A DNA stretch of 62,930 nucleotides, the filler included, from Licmophora abbreviata (taxonomy: Eukaryota), in NCBI GenBank assembly GCA_900291995.1. It is 9 parts of 9 records of this genome, joined end to end, with 100 filler letters (N's around TTAATTAATTAA, not from the genome) between each part and the next. Parts side by side here need not be neighbours in the genome. Positions count along the whole stretch, not along the records: positions 1 to 26,432 come from OLMU01004639.1; positions 26,533 to 32,283 come from OLMU01004646.1; positions 32,384 to 34,373 come from OLMU01004647.1; 6 more parts are not named here. One strand, written 5' to 3'. Position 1 is the first letter of the stretch; every line of letters starts with the position of its first letter. The position numbers were made by a program, and so were the translations under genes. The notes beneath the pieces were generated by a model. It was not told the DNA's origin. It saw only the letters and a list, made by a program, of their open reading frames with translations, and searched no databases. This document shows, piece after piece, positions 22,483 through 32,525 of the stretch.

Positions 22483-25400
22483 CTAGAGATCCCAGGCGTC
22501 AACCGGTCCATCGTCCTCGTCACTTCCGAGGTTTCGATTGTCATTGGACGACGAAACAGTCTCCAAAGACGGCTGCGAAACACTGTGGGGCATTGCCAAT
22601 GGACCTTCATCATCGGAATCATCCCAGCACCCATCAGTATTGGATAGCAAAGCTAGATCCTCCTCGAGCTTCTTGGGCGTAGCGGTACCACTGTTTGGCT
22701 TTTCCGACGTATCCTCATCCTCGTCCGCACGAATATGCCCAACGGCATTCTTTTCTGCTTTTTCGAGCTGCCTTTCTGCAGTCTTGAGCTGCGCCTGCTG
22801 GCGAGCGAGAACGTCTTTGAGCATCTCCGCTGCAGTGGTACCACCACGGACACGACGAAGCTGCTCGGGATCGTATCGACCCCTGGGCACCCCAGGCTTG
22901 TCCATGTTCAACCCATGTGCATCCGCCCACGCGAGCCACGGCATCCAAGTATCAGGGTCGCCCCGTCTCAACGTGGCATCATTCCCAATGACAATCAGAG
23001 CACGGCGTGCGCGGGTGAAGGACACATTCACGCGACGCCAGTCTGACACGAACCCGACCGCGCCGTAGTCATTGCTTCTCACAGCTGAGAACACAACGGC
23101 TTCCTTTTCTCGTCCTTGGAAGCCGTCCACGGAAGACACTTCCACAAAAGGAGGACCCGCGTTCTGAGTAAGCTGACGAGTCATTCTACGGATCAAACGT
23201 GCCTGCGCTGCATACGGGGTCACCACGGCAATATCGGAAACGGTACACTGTCCGCCGGCAAGCAGAGCAGACACCGCGTCACAAGCGGCAGCAGCCTCTG
23301 CCTCGTTCAACTTGCTCACGCCGTCATCCATTTCAATTCCATGACTAACCGGGACAAATGCAACCGGGAACTCCTCCCGTGGCCATGGGAATCCAGCGAG
23401 GGGGCGACGCTCGGGCGCCGATACACCGCTGAGCAAGTTCCCACTGTAGAACAAGTCGGAGGGAAACATTGCAATGCAGGGGTGCATCCGGTACTGGGTA
23501 TCGAGCATGAAAGGAGGAACCCCGCACGCTACCATTCGAGAGAACAATGGGACGCCCAATCCTTCTTCTTCTGCGTGCGTACTAAGAACTGTTGGTGGCA
23601 ACTGGCAATGATCGCCGACGAGCACGAGCTGACGACAACCTCTTGTCAAGGGAACGAGAACAGCCGGTTCGGTAGCCTGCGTCGCTTCGTCAACCAACAC
23701 GCGTTCGAAGGACATGCTGTCCAAGATGTCCCCACCAGAGCCAATGCAAGTGCAGCAGATGACCTGGGCATTCCGAAGAGCTTTCATCTTCTCCTTGTAC
23801 GCAGCCGCTGACTGGCTACCATACGAGCCACCTCCCGACCCACTACTGTAGGCTGAAGGAGGGCGATCAATGCAGTGTCGTAGCAACTCAGGCCTGATCG
23901 CTTCTGGGCGACCAAGGCGAATGACCCGCAACCCCGCATTAGCACAGCCTTCGACAAGGTTGTCTACGGCAATGTTGGAATCAGACGTTGCAAGAATTGG
24001 ATTCGGTTGCCCATCCCTAGCCTCTGACATAGCGAGGCGAGCCCAGTGCTGGAGAATTCTGATCGCAACTGCGGTCTTTCCGGTCCCTGTCGAGAATGGC
24101 GCGCAGCTGTGGGTAAGAGATTTGATTCTCGACATTCAATTTAAACACAGTAGACATGTATTCGTTCCGTACCTGGTGGACCTTGAACAAGAGTGAGACG
24201 GTTCGTCGCTGCGCCTTGCACTGCCAGTCGCTGCGATGCATTGAGGCCTTCGAGTGCCCCATACTTTTCCAAGGCAAGGGCGGCCTCACCACGAATGACG
24301 TCTTCGTCAATGTCAGCAGCGTCGTCGTCACCATTGTGATTCCAGCCGACGGCCTGCGCACATATGGCTGCCGTGGAGGTCATTCCGCCGTTCGCCTTGA
24401 AATCTCCAGAGAGACGCATGAGATCAATATTTTCGTCCATGGCACTGATGGCTTTGATAAGTTCAGTGCTAGGGCGGCGGCCATCGCGAACATGACTGTT
24501 GTCTTCGAGAGGGCTAGCAATGGCTACCGCAGCGGAAAGCTGGCGATTGAAGCCCATCCGATTTGCCAGCTTGTCAATGCGGTACACATTTCCTCTGACA
24601 TCCTCAGTCAGCATTGAGTAGAGACTGGTGTTCGTCTTGTCCTGAAGACGCACCACCATCGGCTGTGTGTTAGTGACGGTTGCCTCGATCATGTTCCTGT
24701 CGAGCGACTCTGCACTCATGGGATAAGGACCAGCATACGGCAGAATAGACACAGCGTCGCCAGCCTGGATGCCTCGATTCTCAAGAGTGTCGGGAACGAA
24801 GACACCCAGCTGGTGTCCGGGTTCGACAACCAGATCAGATGGCTTCTTGCCCCGTCTCAATCGAGCGTCGACGACGCACTGAGCGGACCGTACGAGACGC
24901 TCACAAGGTGCCGAGCAGATTCGATCCCGTGCCGACATTGCTTCCTCCAGAAACTCCAGCGCAATACCTCGCACGATTCGCAGGAAGTACGTTCGGCTTC
25001 TTGGCTTGTCGAATTCCGTCGCGATACAAAGAGCGTTGATCATGTCTGCAGCTGTGTACGCGCTGCTGTTTCGCAAGTTTTGCGGCAGGCACGTCAAGAT
25101 TCGTTCCATCTGTGCCGTAGAAAGTGTTCCTGGCAATGCACAATTTCGCAGACAGTAGAGAGCGTCCTCAACATGGCGGCCATGACATACGCCTTCATGA
25201 CCGTCTCAAGCACGTGCTTGTCAAGGGCAAAATTGTGGTTTCGCCTGTCGTGAAGAATCTCTTTCATTCCATCCGGGTCGCTCTTCTCTACACATGCTCG
25301 AACAGACCTATTGAAGTGACGAGCCGCCTTCTGGTTCGCTGCGTCGTCTCCAGAGAGTCCCTTCTTCTTTCGAGATTTTCCCTTCTTCGTTGAGGACGGC

Positions 25401-26296
25401 GTCTTCGTGGCAGTGTCAAGCTTGTTCAACGAGTTTGTCGAGTCCGTTCTCCGCGCCTTGACGAGCGATGTGGATGTGATGCTAACTTCTTGGGCTGGAA
25501 GAGCCTTGAGCGCATCGGTGGTGGATACTTCCGTTGGAGCTTCCTCAATGGGCTCCGGAACGACCGGCTGCTTAGCCTTGTCCTTCTTTTTCTTCTTGGT
25601 CGACCTCTTCTTTGGGGTCGGCTTGGGTGGCAGGTCGTGGATTGAAGTTTCTTTCTTTTCCTCTTCTTCTGTATCTTCCAGAGCTGCAGCTGCCAGCTTT
25701 TCCGATATGTGCAATTCCCCATCATCCATGTAGCCCAGCGTGCTCACAGGCGGGTGAGCCTGACGTGTGAGGATCATGGGAACACGACCAGATTTCGCAG
25801 CAAACATGGGGGGCGGTGTAGGGAGAGATAGCGTGACGGGAGCTATGGTGTCCCTTGCAATACTGGATGGTCCGTCTAAGCTACTAGCGACTCCCTGTGC
25901 GGCGAGTCCTCCCTGCGTATTCTCCTCGCCCGGCTCGTTCGCGGGCGCATCGCGGGTCTTGCTTCCTGGTCGCCGTTTAGTATGCGACCTTCCGCGTCCA
26001 CCGCGTCCTTTCCGGTTGCTCCCGGGAGTCTGGTTGTGAGGGTCTGGTGCGGGAGATGATCCAGAGCGCCAATCTGCTGGAGAGTTCTCGGCCGTCGGTC
26101 GCTCATAGTTACCAGTCGTTCCACTCTCGTCTCTCTTGGTGGGTTCACGACGACCTTGACTCCGCCCTCTGCCTCCTCGTCCACGGCCTCTGCCTCCTCC
26201 TCTGCCTCTACCTCTTCCTCGTCCACCACGTGTTCCGGATGCTTTTGAGGGGCTTGGTTGCACGCTGCTTTTGTCTCCTCCTTGTCCTTCGCTCAT
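22483..26296 (-). CDS. UPF1-like superfamily 1B RNA/DNA helicase with RGG-rich N-terminus; intron 24172-24087; probable 1-nt frameshift near 25170
   Basis: Walker A GPPG|TGKT formed across the intron. Also SNIAVDNL, VDEATQ, LVGDHCQLPP, QYRMHP, VTPYAAQ, SVDGFQGREKE, RRVNVSFTRAR. N-terminal RGGRGRGRG repeats. The C/H zinc domain of true UPF1 was not seen. Confidence 0.85.
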
Positions 26297-26432
26297 ACCT
26301 TGCCTTTTTCCTTGTTTTGTGGTCTCTGTTACCAGTAGAAACCCTGCCGGAGACGAAGACAAGGGTCCGAGTAGAAAATTGCTTGGTAATTGGCCACGTG
26401 AGCTCGTGCGTAGCTTCCTACTTGTATGAGGC

Positions 26433-26532
26433 NNNNNNNNNNNNNNNNNNNNNNNNNNNNNNNNNNNNNNNNNNNNTTAATTAATTAANNNNNNNNNNNN
26501 NNNNNNNNNNNNNNNNNNNNNNNNNNNNNNNN
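26433..26532. other. Artificial scaffold linker (44 N + TTAATTAATTAA + 44 N)
   Basis: Identical 100-nt spacer with stops in all six frames, occurring eight times in the window. Confidence 0.98.
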
Positions 26533-26571
26533 AGCATCTCGTGTCATGTGTTTGTGTATGTGTTGACTCAC

Positions 26572-26759
26572 CCGACAGTCTCAGCGGTTTCAGCAAGCAT
26601 TTTGACGTGTACGAGTCGCTGCAGGGCAATGCCGGATCGGCAGTAGCGGACCACGCGGTCGAGGAGCGGCAGATCATCGTCAATCGTCAAGTCTTCGAAA
26701 CGAAGCGCGCTAGCTTGATCATCGCCAGGCACGGGAATTGCAGATGGAGGCGCTTCCAT
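26572..26759 (-). CDS. First exon of a HEAT-repeat phosphatase regulatory subunit (PP4R1/PP2A-A-like), truncated by gap
   Basis: MEAPPS...DDDLPLLDRVVRYCRSGIALQRLVHVKMLAETAETVG followed by a GTGAGT donor at 26571. Resembles the N-terminus of PP4 regulatory subunits. Confidence 0.5.
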
Positions 26760-27315
26760 GCTGTCGATCTGGCTCTCGAGCAGCGGCGACAACCGTCCAA
26801 CGACGTTCAGCTTCAGCGAAATGAACTCAAATTCAACAAAGCAAAACTCAAAACTTGCCACGATTTGAGACAGACTGGAGGTGTGGCCTGTGAGTGCCGT
26901 AGACTTTGTACTGAGTCGTACGGCTGAATAACGAATCGATTCGAATGAATCGAACGATCGCATGTCAAAAAACTCGGACAGGCGGACAGTCGATATATCC
27001 GCCTATTTCACGGCGGGTGGACGCTGATGAGACCCAACGAGAAGAAGCAGCTTCTTGCTGACTTCGCTGCTCTAGAGAGTGGCCTCGTAGGCAGTATCAC
27101 AGGAAGATCATATCGAACCTAGCTGGAGGATGCTCGTCTAAGTACTGGTACAGATCCGTCTGGTACATTCATACTTTCATAGTGGGTTCTAGATTGCTTA
27201 TGACCGTATCCCTAGCTCCTACCGGTGTTCCATCGACTCATTGCATCCCGGCCAAGACAAACTCTTTAGCTTCTTTGTCCTAATCACGCTTGGCATCCAT
27301 CTACAATTCGTCCCC

Positions 27316-27998
27316 CTACAAAGGGTTTTCGGTATCCTTCTCGGTATTGGGACTCTGCTGGTAGCTCACTTCAATCTTCAAACTCTGATAGCTGTGATTC
27401 ATGTAAAAAACATCAGTGGAGAAACAACAATACAGTGGATGAGTAGGAGTCGAGAAAGCATAAAGTACAACTAAGGAAGAAAGAAGCGAACTCACGCAAT
27501 CTCAACGTTGGTCGGCCAAAATCCAGCCGCCTTCTTGCTTCGAATCTGCTTGTACATGCCCTCCTTTTGAATGCCCAAAGGAAGACCACCCGTTTCAATC
27601 ACAAGGCCTCGTAACTCTTCAAGATCTTTCACCAATTGCTCCTCTGTCTTGGATTCATTTGACAGTCGATCCAACACTGTGGTGAACCTTTTCTTGATTG
27701 CCAGTTGTTTCTGGCGAAACTCGGCACGCTGCTTTTCCGACTCCTTAAACTCTTCCGTCGGATCTTGGAGGTAAAAGTCCCGGGCCTGGGCAGGAGTGCT
27801 GGAGACCAGCAAAGCAGCGGCGCCTAGCCACGTCAACACGTCGCGTCGTTCCAAACAATCGTCGCCGTGGACCAAGTATAGCGCCGGCGAGGAGCGGATC
27901 CTGGAGTTGCCTTGAAGCCTGGGCGTCACTCCAAACGCAGAGATGCTTGGGGCGCTGGCGAGTAGCAAAAGAAAGGACGTGAATTTGGGGGCGCACAT
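27316..27998 (-). CDS. Uncharacterised thylakoid-lumen protein (plastid presequence plus Tat signal); intron 27495-27392
   Basis: Signal peptide ...PSISA-FGV, then the twin-arginine signal ERRDVLTWLGAAALLVSSTPAQA. Second exon YQSLKIEVSYQQSPNTEKDTENPL*. Confidence 0.75.
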
Positions 27999-28455
27999 GG
28001 TTGTTTCAAGTGGTAGGTCTACAGCTGCATCAATCTCAAGTCAAGTATGATACAGATAGATGATGAAACAAGCATCTTTTTGTGAGTGTCATGGTGGTGC
28101 GTACTCACTCTCGATTTCGAAACTCTGTCCTTCACTCGTCGGTCATCCTGACTGTCTTGTCGACCAATCAGAATGGATGATTTTCAAAGCTTACGTCACC
28201 ATTGGGGTCTGTTATCGTCCGCGTGTCGGCTGCAAACTTCAGAGTACCCGGAGATCATTTTCGGAGTCCGAGAAGGATGCGCCGAAATGCTTTCCAGTAC
28301 AAATTGTACGTGCACTCTACGCATTCAGAATCTCATTAAAAAAAGACAACAAAAGACCCAATCGGCCGTGTCTTTGGCTCTCTTGTTCTGCCCCTCCCTC
28401 TCATTGAACGACGGCTTTGAGTGCTTCCCCACCCTTCTCTATACTAGTATCAGTA

Positions 28456-29832
28456 ATGAAGAAGCCGAACTTAAGCGAAACCCCAACGGAAGGAAAAAAA
28501 TTGGAGCAGACATCTGTCCACGATGCCAAGCGTAGAGCTGCTACGGAGATGTCACCGCACCGAACTGAGGCCGACGAAACGCCATCGGAGCCGTCCTTGT
28601 CCCAAGACGAAGACTCCCAGATCCGTCAGCTGGAGGATACAGGTGCCCTGAGCCACATTGTCGGCTCTCAGTCGGTCCTCTCGCAGGAACTGGCCTCGTG
28701 CTCTCAGCCACCAGCCCCCGAACCCGGAAATGCAATTCCCTCCGCCATGCTCCTCTCGTCTCAGCCCGAACTCGATCTAGCGGCGGCACCCCCACAGGTC
28801 ACCGAAACGAACGGATCTGCTCATGCGACGGAACTGCTCTGCCTCGTCGACGCTGCCGAGGCTGTCGCGAAGAAGCACGCCACCAGGGGCATTCGTCACG
28901 GCCAAGGCGTTGACGAAACGAAGAGCGAAGACTCCCAAGGGATTGCTAGTGATGACCCGCAAGGTTTGTTATACAATCTCCCCCCGCTGATTACTCGCAA
29001 GCAGCTACGCCAGCAGGCTTCTGCCCGTCGCGTCCAACGGGAGCAAGAAGTGCTCGAAGCTCAGCAGCTTGCCCGTCGAGCCGCTTCTCTGGCAAAGGAG
29101 ATCGTTTCTTCTACACAGCTCTCCAAGCAACTCTTGCTTTCCATGGCCCTAGTCCGAAACAACCCGCGCTCTCCTCCCTCCAAGTGGCCTTCCAAGGGAC
29201 ACGTTATCAAAGATGGCTTCTTCTGGGCATCTTACCCGCCTCTTGAGGCACTGCTCAAGTCGCACATGGAAGAATTCTACGATTTGTCCATGAAGCGATG
29301 CCAGTCCAAGGCCCAGCAACGCTTCAACACCATGCTGGTGGGACTCGTTCGCGAACGCGCCAGGGAGCTCCATTGGAAATTCGCCTCAACCTTCACTGAC
29401 AAGCTCCTTCGTGATCGTATACGCTGCTTCTACAAAACGCACATCCAGAACAGCAAGAAGCGCTTGCGAACCATGACCAAGAACCCGACCAAGCGTGCCA
29501 ACGCCAAACAACTTCTCGTGCACTATGAGTTGATCTCGGAGCACTCGGGACGAACGGCCGATGAGCAGGGATCAGAGGATCAGAACTACCTTTGCTTTGT
29601 TGGATCACAGGAGAATGATGGAATGGAAGAAGACGCTAGTTGCACAATGAATCCGTATCCGTTGACGGGACCGTATCCTTTGGAGCAGCGTCGTGGGAAG
29701 CACGTGAAGGCGACGCTCGCTGCGCAAGGGCCCGTCGATGCAGAAGTCCAGAAGGTTGCACAAATCATGTCCCTCGGATTCGCGAATCTCAGCCAGGACG
29801 AACATGTTAAGATGGCGGCGACCGAACTGTAA
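28456..29832 (+). CDS. Hypothetical protein with a basic helical domain (possible nuclear regulator)
   Basis: Long intronless ORF. A disordered N-terminus precedes the domain FFWASYPPLE...LRDRIRCFYKTHIQNSKKRL. Confidence 0.7.
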   Translation: MKKPNLSETPTEGKKLEQTSVHDAKRRAATEMSPHRTEADETPSEPSLSQDEDSQIRQLEDTGALSHIVGSQSVLSQELASCSQPPAPEPGNAIPSAMLLSSQPELDLAAAPPQVTETNGSAHATELLCLVDAAEAVAKKHATRGIRHGQGVDETKSEDSQGIASDDPQGLLYNLPPLITRKQLRQQASARRVQREQEVLEAQQLARRAASLAKEIVSSTQLSKQLLLSMALVRNNPRSPPSKWPSKGHVIKDGFFWASYPPLEALLKSHMEEFYDLSMKRCQSKAQQRFNTMLVGLVRERARELHWKFASTFTDKLLRDRIRCFYKTHIQNSKKRLRTMTKNPTKRANAKQLLVHYELISEHSGRTADEQGSEDQNYLCFVGSQENDGMEEDASCTMNPYPLTGPYPLEQRRGKHVKATLAAQGPVDAEVQKVAQIMSLGFANLSQDEHVKMAATEL

Positions 29833-30510
29833 GCTTCTAGAAATATTGATGATCACCTGTATGATAACTGATAACTACTGCAGTACCTGCGGCCTAAAAA
29901 TGGAGTATTTGAAACTGTTATTCTTTCACTCGTTCTACTCTCTACTAGCTGGTGTTGGATTGTCGGCCCAGATGCGTTCAACCAGCACCCATTTGAAAAC
30001 ACGGGCCCGGCTTGACTGTTGGTACTCGTAGCATACGAGTTGAGTATGTGAGTCGAGTCAGTCGAGTCAGTCAGTGTAGCCATCCACCAAACTCCGGGTA
30101 CCCTCTACGACACATAAATGCGGACCAAAATGAAAAATGAAAAAAGAGAAAAGCACTCCGAAAGATGAAATTGGAGTAGACTGTTTGGTGGGACTAGTAG
30201 TGAACGTTCGTAGAGTTCTACGACAATTTTTGGGTTCGACTCTCGCACGAGCGAGCCCAACTTGAAGCCGGAAGCGTTGGACAGACAGTCCGATGTAACT
30301 CTTTAGCGGTCGTGTATGTTTCAGGTACGTAAAAATATGAAGGTAATGCCACCTAGGAAAGCTGGAGTGTGCGTTGGAAGAACAAATGAGCGAAGATGCT
30401 GGTTGACAACTCACAAATCGCGACAAGACTTCACAGGAACAGGAGATTGATCGATCACACGTTCACAACACGAACCGAGTCTGTTCATCTCATTCTACAG
30501 CAACCACACC

Positions 30511-31110
30511 ATGACACACTTCCGCAGATCCTCCTCCAGCCTGGTCGACGCCGACCGAGACGACCTGGACGCCTTGATTGACGTCTCGGCTGCCAACGGC
30601 GGCAAGGACAGCCTCTTCCTTGTAGCGAGCACTGACACGGCTTCCACAGGGACCGTCTCTGTCTCGACTGACTCCTCCTCCTCCACCTTCTCAACGGATG
30701 CACTTCCCAAAACTCCTGAACACGCCTTTCCTATCTTCCGAACGTCAGCAGCTCCTCCTCTCTCGGAAGAAACGGAAGAGCTCTTGACGCTCAAGCGCGC
30801 CAACCCCGTTGTCAGCGACGACGAAGACGACGACTGCGCCTCTCCGACCAAACGCGCTCGCACACTGCGACACACAAGCGACGAAGACGGTCGAGACGAT
30901 CTAGACGACTGGGGAGAATCCTTCCTAGAAGGAAGTTTAGATTCGTGCTACTCGGTATGTTCGTCATCCACACTGCTGGAGTCCAGTCGTGACACGATAC
31001 AACACGATCGACAGGCACTGTTTGCGGCCTGCTCGTTTGGATCTGACTTTCTGGTCGAAGCACCACTTCGTCGTAGTTCCAGTACAATCAGCATTGTTCG
31101 AGCAATCTGA
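30511..31110 (+). CDS. Small acidic/Ser-rich hypothetical protein
   Basis: 199-aa ORF with ATG in ACC context. Shares a motif with the 42570-43022 ORF (see findings). Confidence 0.65.
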   Translation: MTHFRRSSSSLVDADRDDLDALIDVSAANGGKDSLFLVASTDTASTGTVSVSTDSSSSTFSTDALPKTPEHAFPIFRTSAAPPLSEETEELLTLKRANPVVSDDEDDDCASPTKRARTLRHTSDEDGRDDLDDWGESFLEGSLDSCYSVCSSSTLLESSRDTIQHDRQALFAACSFGSDFLVEAPLRRSSSTISIVRAI

Positions 31111-31299
31111 TGATACATTCATGCATTTTACTTGTATTTGTAGTAGAGAAAACACACCACGTGACTCTTGTTAACACTATGGAATCATAGCAACAGTACG
31201 ATACTGCTCAAGTTTTCTAGTGTATCACTAGACGATTAGACAACAGGTGGACCACAAGTTACTCTGTTGGAGACCGAAAGGGCCCTTCGTATCCTGAAT

Positions 31300-32175
31300 C
31301 TAGGATCCTTGGCTCCTTCGCAGAGTCCCGTCTGGAGACAAGTGACACAATATAGGCGTGGCATTCCGGGGCACGACAGGGTCGTCCTCGCCCTGCAGCA
31401 GTCCCCGGATGACATGGAAATGGCACACAATAGCAACCACGGTCTCGTTTCGATCCTGCGCCAGCCACAGTAGCGCATGTCGTATTCGCTTGTGCCGTGC
31501 CGTGGGGCTCGAGTAGTCGTCCATGGGCCAGTGGGTGGGCTGCAAGGTGCGAGTATCAATTTCAGACAACCGAGGGACCCCTTGGTCCTTCAAGTCCTTC
31601 AGCACATGCTTCATGTCTCGCGGTGTGTTTTCGGGTACGCGCGAGCCGACTTCTCGCAAGTCATAGTGTACTAGCAAGGGGCAAGTTCGCTCTGCGAATG
31701 CCAAGGCTGCAGTGTGCAAGGCGCGTGTCAGTGGAGAAGACACCACCAACTGTATGGTATCGAGCACTGAGTCTCCAAGCAGCTGCGGTATCACCATGGC
31801 CTGTTGGATTCCTGTGGTTGTCAATCCTGCATCTCGCAGTCGAGGATCTTTCCGTCGATCCATGGAGTTCCGTTGTGCCGCCTGGCCAAGCGATTCGCCG
31901 TGTCGAATGAGATACACGGTTTTGGGCAATGCCGGTGCGATCGAAAGTGGAATTGTAGGCCGTGGTTTGCGAGAGGATGAAAGACGTGGTGTTTTGGTCG
32001 TTCCTGTGAGAGCACGACTGCCGGATCGTCGGGTCGGTGTTTTCCGACTGCTGTCAGTGGCGGCGAGGGTTCTGGGACAGTACGGAGTCGCTTCGGCCTC
32101 GAGTTCCAACAACGTCTGTCGGCTTTTGGCCTTTCCTGGGGTCTGCAAAACTATCAAGGGGGGCTTGGGATCCAT
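31300..32175 (-). CDS. Histidine phosphatase / phosphoglycerate mutase family protein
   Basis: Motifs VYLIRHGES, DAGLTTTGIQQA, VVSSPLTRALHT, LREV, IVCH. Confidence 0.88.
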   Translation of the reverse strand: MDPKPPLIVLQTPGKAKSRQTLLELEAEATPYCPRTLAATDSSRKTPTRRSGSRALTGTTKTPRLSSSRKPRPTIPLSIAPALPKTVYLIRHGESLGQAAQRNSMDRRKDPRLRDAGLTTTGIQQAMVIPQLLGDSVLDTIQLVVSSPLTRALHTAALAFAERTCPLLVHYDLREVGSRVPENTPRDMKHVLKDLKDQGVPRLSEIDTRTLQPTHWPMDDYSSPTARHKRIRHALLWLAQDRNETVVAIVCHFHVIRGLLQGEDDPVVPRNATPILCHLSPDGTLRRSQGS

Positions 32176-32283
32176 CTTCGTGCGTAAGTGTGCTCAGTGT
32201 GCTCCCAGGTGCCACAACGGGGGCTCAACATGGGAACACGACGGCCACACTAGGACTGCTTGCTGCACTCATTCATGGCTGTG

Positions 32284-32383
32284 NNNNNNNNNNNNNNNNN
32301 NNNNNNNNNNNNNNNNNNNNNNNNNNNTTAATTAATTAANNNNNNNNNNNNNNNNNNNNNNNNNNNNNNNNNNNNNNNNNNNN
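32284..32383. other. Artificial scaffold linker
   Basis: N44-TTAATTAATTAA-N44. Confidence 0.98.
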
Positions 32384-32525
32384 ATACTCACGACGAAAAC
32401 CAAAAACGGAAGCGTCTCTGTTTTCTGGAATGTTTGAACAAGGGATCAGCTCTGATACAGTATAAAAAGAGTTCCTCTCACCAGCTTGCTTCCTCCAACC
32501 AGCATCAGCCGGTTCACATTCAACG

